A stretch of 64,000 nucleotides of DNA, the filler included, from Piptocephalis cylindrospora (taxonomy: Eukaryota), in the NCBI GenBank assembly GCA_003614145.1. It is 3 parts of 3 records of this genome, joined end to end, with 100 filler letters (N's around TTAATTAATTAA, not from the genome) between each part and the next. Parts side by side here need not be neighbours in the genome. Positions count along the whole stretch, not along the records: positions 46,075 to 64,000 come from KZ987846.1; 2 more parts are not named here. One strand, 5' to 3'. Positions 60,455-64,000 of the stretch are shown here, piece by piece; the first letter of the stretch is position 1; each line of letters opens with the position of its first letter. Position numbers and translations under genes: made by a program. The notes below the pieces were generated by a model. It had not been told where the DNA came from. It saw nothing but the letters and a program-made list of their open reading frames with translations, and searched no databases.

Positions 60455-63400
60455 AAGTGTCGGTGGGCTACCTAAATATTCGAGGGTTCTCCCTGGACAA
60501 GCTGCCGTATGTGATTGGACTCTTTAGTAGAAACAGGTCCTCGTCAGTGCCCAAGATGTTAGTTCTGTTTGTGGCCGAGACTTGGCATATCCACCAGGAT
60601 CGGTTGTCGTGTCATCCGTACCATCTGGCGTCGTGTCCTGAGGGAAAGCGGAAGAGGGGAAGCAGGAAGGGGGGCGGGCTGACGTGCCTAGTGGATCCAC
60701 AAGCGAGACACTTGGTGTCATCTGTGGACGTTTCGTGCCCATCGGCCATGACCATTGGTGTTTGTGGTAGGAGGGTGAGGGCAGTGTACACACCCCCGTC
60801 CATGAAGGAGGGGAGGTTTGAGGATGTGATGAGAGGGAAAGAAGGGGAGATGGAGGTGGACGTGGTGATGGGGGACATGAATGTGTTCTTTGGGGACCCG
60901 TTCGGGGGGACGGGAATGAAGCCTCCGGAAAAGGCTATGGTGATGGAGAGGCTGGTGAGGGAAAGGGGATGGAGGTACCTTGGTCCTACCTGCGGCTATT
61001 CCCGGTGGGATCATGTGTTTCTCTCTCTAAGGATGGGGGAGGAGACTCGACTGGGCATGCATGAGGCAGGGGTATCTACCGATCATCCTCTTATGGTGCT
61101 GACCTGGGAGATGGAGGAGGGGTTAAATGAGGGAGCTGAAGATGGAATGGTTGAGGGAGCTGAAGGGTGCGGTGTGACGAGATACCACTTAAAGTATTTG
61201 GATGAGGCATGGGGAAGAGGCGAGTTTCAGGCGTGCATGGAAAGCCTTGGGGGTGGACTGGAGGAAAGGCTCAGAGGGGCAGAGGAGGAATTGAAGGATA
61301 GTAGAGTCAAAGGGCAAGATCTGGTGGATGGGGTGGATGAGATAGTGCTGGGGGCCGTGCAGTCTGTGGCGGAGGTAGTCCTCGGAAAGTACAAGGTATG
61401 TGGGATGAAGCGTGTGGTGGATAAGATGGATGTATCTCTACGGGGGAGGAGGGATAGAGGGACAGCTGAGCGGTTGTATCGACGTGCACAGAGATACCAG
61501 GACTGGGGGACGTTTATTGAGGCAAGCGGTAAAGGGGCGTCTCCTGTGGAGGAGGCGAGGAAGCATTACATGGAGCTGTACAACGCCGAGGATGGGGAAG
61601 ATAAGATGGGGATGGAGGAAGGTGCAGAGGAGGCAGATGTATTGGAGGGAGGAGCATGGGGGACAAATGAGATGGATGCCAGCAGAAGAAGGAAAAATGG
61701 TGCGGCTACCCAGGTGCTCCTGGTTGGGATGAGCGTGGCCAAGGTTCAAGGGGTAATGAAGGGGTGCAGCAAGGGCAAGTCGTGTGGAGTAGACGGAATC
61801 CATGAGAGAATGCTGGATGCGCTGGCCAAAGGAGTGTTGGCCCGGATGCTCGCAAGCCTATTCAGGCTGTGTATTCTATCGGGGAAGGTGCCGAGTCGGT
61901 GGAAGGAAACGCTGATTTACCCGGTGGCCAAGACCCAGGATGCACGGAGGATTGGTGAGCACCGACCGATAGCGTTGACGGTGATGTTTCGGAGGGTGTT
62001 TGAGAAGCTGCTTCTGAGGGTACTGATGGAGTGGTTTCCTCGACAGGTGGCGGTGCATCCTACACAGGGAGGATTTAGAAAGGGGTACTCGACGGTGTCG
62101 CATGCCCTACTGAGCCATGATTCCTCTGCTCTGGGACATCATGTCAAGGTGTTCTTGGATATGGAGAAGGCGTATGACCGGGTGGGGCATGTGCGGTTGT
62201 TGGGGAGGCTGAGGGAAAGGGGCCTACCGGAGGAGGTGGTGGCGCTGGTGCAGGGGCTGTTTATGGGGGGAACGTCCAGGGTGGTGGTCAATAGGGTGAT
62301 GTCGGGACGGCTGGAGCGGAGGAGGGGAATCCTACAAGGGTCAAGCCTGGCGCCACTTTTGTTTAATGTGTTCATGGATGACTTGGCGCAGACGCTGGAC
62401 GGGATGAAACCCCCTGGAACGCTTCCAAATGCCCTACTATACGCGGATGATATTCAGCTGCAAGGACGGAGCGTGGAGGAGGTGAGAAGATTAGTGGATA
62501 GAACGCTGAAATGGGCCCGGGAGAATGGGATGAAGGTGAATTTGGGCAAGAGTGGAGTGGTGTTGCCAGAAGGAATGGAGGTTGGAGGGGGCGTAAAGGG
62601 GATGGTGACGGAGGAAGGGGTGCTGGAGGCCAAGGAGAGGTTCAAGTACCTTGGATTTGCCTATGGTGGAGGAGGAATTGATTTTGTGAAGGGAGTTGAG
62701 GATAGGGGAGCCAAGGCACGAGGGGTAATTAAGGGCCTTGCACCGCACACGTATCTCTGGCATCCGCTTTTGCTGCTGTCCATCTACAAGTCCAGGATAC
62801 GGCCTATGGTGGAGTACGGGGCTCCTCTGGTGTGCCAGGCCATGTATGGGATCGAGGAGGTAAGGAAGCGTGCGGGGGGACTGGAGGCTGTGCAACAGGA
62901 GGCGCTGAGATGGATCACCAAGAGGCGAAAGCCAACGTCGGTAGCGAGGTCAATGCTAGGGCTTTCGAGGATGAAGGACAGGCTGGAGGGGCTGGCACTC
63001 AAGTTTGTGCGACACTTGGAGTCACTGGATGGGGAGAATCCTTTGAGGGGGGTGATGTCGTTTGTGTCGGGTCGACCAGCCAAGTACGTACCGGGAGGAG
63101 TGCTGTCAAGAGGTGTGTGGAAGCCCCTCCTGCTGGCACAGTATGAGGAGAGAGAAGTGGAGAGTCAGGGGGAGGATGAGTGGTTGAAGGGGTGGTACGC
63201 TGAGAGGTATTCAGGGGCGCTGACTTCTAGCTATATTCTGAAGGAAGCAAGGATGGGAGGGGTAGGGGCGGACAAGGCTTTGAGGGTGCACGCTCAACCT
63301 TTGGTGAGACAGGTGATGTACTGGAGACAGCTGGCCGGGGGGACGAGGAAGGCGTGCCCGGGATGTGGGAGGTACTTTAGTCGGGGACACGTTGCGGCAT

Positions 63401-63588
63401 GTGGCCTGATGGAGAAGGTGGAGTGTATGATGGAGTTGGAGGAGAAGTACCAGGAACACCGGGAGGAGATGGACGGGAGAATAGCCGAGGAGGACAAGTA
63501 CACGATCCTGGACTACTGCCTGAATAGTGGAAGGATACCGGAGTTTATTGAGGGGATGAAGGCACTTGGATACCGGATGTATGTTTGA
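60451..63588 (+). CDS. Non-LTR retrotransposon ORF2: AP endonuclease, reverse transcriptase, C-terminal CCHC knuckle
   Basis: APE motifs YLNIRG, AETW, GGGL, VYTPP, GDMN, DHVF, TDH; RT motifs KSCGVDGI, RPIAL, QGGFRKG, FLDMEKAYDRV, GILQGSSLAPLLF, YADD (62440-62451), FKYLG; CPGC-X7-H-X3-C; 1045 aa with no stops. Confidence 0.97.
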   Translation: MKVSVGYLNIRGFSLDKLPYVIGLFSRNRSSSVPKMLVLFVAETWHIHQDRLSCHPYHLASCPEGKRKRGSRKGGGLTCLVDPQARHLVSSVDVSCPSAMTIGVCGRRVRAVYTPPSMKEGRFEDVMRGKEGEMEVDVVMGDMNVFFGDPFGGTGMKPPEKAMVMERLVRERGWRYLGPTCGYSRWDHVFLSLRMGEETRLGMHEAGVSTDHPLMVLTWEMEEGLNEGAEDGMVEGAEGCGVTRYHLKYLDEAWGRGEFQACMESLGGGLEERLRGAEEELKDSRVKGQDLVDGVDEIVLGAVQSVAEVVLGKYKVCGMKRVVDKMDVSLRGRRDRGTAERLYRRAQRYQDWGTFIEASGKGASPVEEARKHYMELYNAEDGEDKMGMEEGAEEADVLEGGAWGTNEMDASRRRKNGAATQVLLVGMSVAKVQGVMKGCSKGKSCGVDGIHERMLDALAKGVLARMLASLFRLCILSGKVPSRWKETLIYPVAKTQDARRIGEHRPIALTVMFRRVFEKLLLRVLMEWFPRQVAVHPTQGGFRKGYSTVSHALLSHDSSALGHHVKVFLDMEKAYDRVGHVRLLGRLRERGLPEEVVALVQGLFMGGTSRVVVNRVMSGRLERRRGILQGSSLAPLLFNVFMDDLAQTLDGMKPPGTLPNALLYADDIQLQGRSVEEVRRLVDRTLKWARENGMKVNLGKSGVVLPEGMEVGGGVKGMVTEEGVLEAKERFKYLGFAYGGGGIDFVKGVEDRGAKARGVIKGLAPHTYLWHPLLLLSIYKSRIRPMVEYGAPLVCQAMYGIEEVRKRAGGLEAVQQEALRWITKRRKPTSVARSMLGLSRMKDRLEGLALKFVRHLESLDGENPLRGVMSFVSGRPAKYVPGGVLSRGVWKPLLLAQYEEREVESQGEDEWLKGWYAERYSGALTSSYILKEARMGGVGADKALRVHAQPLVRQVMYWRQLAGGTRKACPGCGRYFSRGHVAACGLMEKVECMMELEEKYQEHREEMDGRIAEEDKYTILDYCLNSGRIPEFIEGMKALGYRMYV

Positions 63589-63635
63589 GTGAGCCGAGGA
63601 CGGCCTCTCTGATTCCATGGTGAAGGTTCCTGCAG

Positions 63636-63838
63636 CTACCACCGCCACCACCACCACTACCGCTAATACTATCACTACTTGATTATGCGCTGCTTCTCTG
63701 CGCCGCTCCTCTGCGCCACCCATTTGCGATAATTCCTTGCGCCACTGCTTTGCACCACCTCTCTGCGTCTCTGCTACTACTACTTTTCGACTTGCGTCGC
63801 CACTCTTCCTCATCTACTGTGCGTCCTCTGCGCCGCTC
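63636..63838 (+). repeat. Repetitive 3' UTR: (CCA/CTA)n tract followed by repeated CTCTGCGCC-like units
   Basis: CTACCACCGCCACCACCACCACTAC, then several TCTGCGCC/TTGCGCC/TCTGCGTC units. Confidence 0.65.
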
Positions 63839-64000
63839 GAAGGAAGGATGAGAAGGACACAACCTTCTCCTGGGGGGGGGGGGGGGAATCCCCCCCTTTT
63901 TCCATCCCCCCACCCCAACCATCCCCCACCCCCTCTTTCCCCCCCAAAGTCCTTTTATTTTGGGGGGTTTTCCATGGGGGGTCCAAGGCGGGTTTCCCCC

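Larger units (their letters stand above)
56000..63870 (+). mobile_element. Apparently intact LINE-like (non-LTR) retrotransposon; boundaries uncertain, 5' end may or may not include ORF0
   Basis: ORF1-ORF2 tandem, strongly purine-rich plus strand, repetitive 3' UTR; no target-site duplication or poly(A) tail identifiable inside the window. Confidence 0.85.

Noticed and set aside
57301..63680. Possible terminal inverted repeats (GTA/GTG tract at 57.3 kb versus CCA/CTA tract at 63.65 kb)
   Set aside because: Both are low-complexity triplet tracts with only a short exact match; not adequate evidence.
63211..63922. Antisense ORFs (200 aa and 79 aa) at the element 3' end
   Set aside because: Explained by low-complexity repeats and the strand bias of ORF2; no recognisable domain.

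Overview
Eukaryotic, intron-rich, gene-dense fungal DNA. The style fits an early-diverging fungus such as a zoopagomycete or mucoromycete (inference). Two 100-nt N-spacers carrying an artificial TTAATTAATTAA linker split the window into three pieces. Most of it is housekeeping genes: VPS16, a ULP1-type SUMO protease, tRNA-Arg(ACG), glutathione synthetase, a CYSTM protein, DUS3, vezatin, a CsbD-like protein, kynurenine aminotransferase, SMC4, ORC2, SMU1, RSM25, DUF1748, COG5, VPS53, COX12 and MON2. Between them lie a small island of orphan secreted proteins (~9.8-16.3 kb), a decayed possible paralogue (~36.5-38 kb) and an orphan protein with a duplicated domain (46-47 kb). The most unusual part is 56-64 kb, an apparently intact non-LTR retrotransposon (APE-RT-CCHC ORF2). 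Its ORF1 appears to be split by an in-frame GT-AG intron and begins with a transposase-like C4 zinc ribbon, and it is coupled to ORF2 by an ATGA overlap. A co-oriented extra ORF upstream encodes a stand-alone GPY/F (LTR-integrase C-terminal-like) module and has the same TATA/start-codon layout as ORF1. All calls were made by eye; no searches were run.
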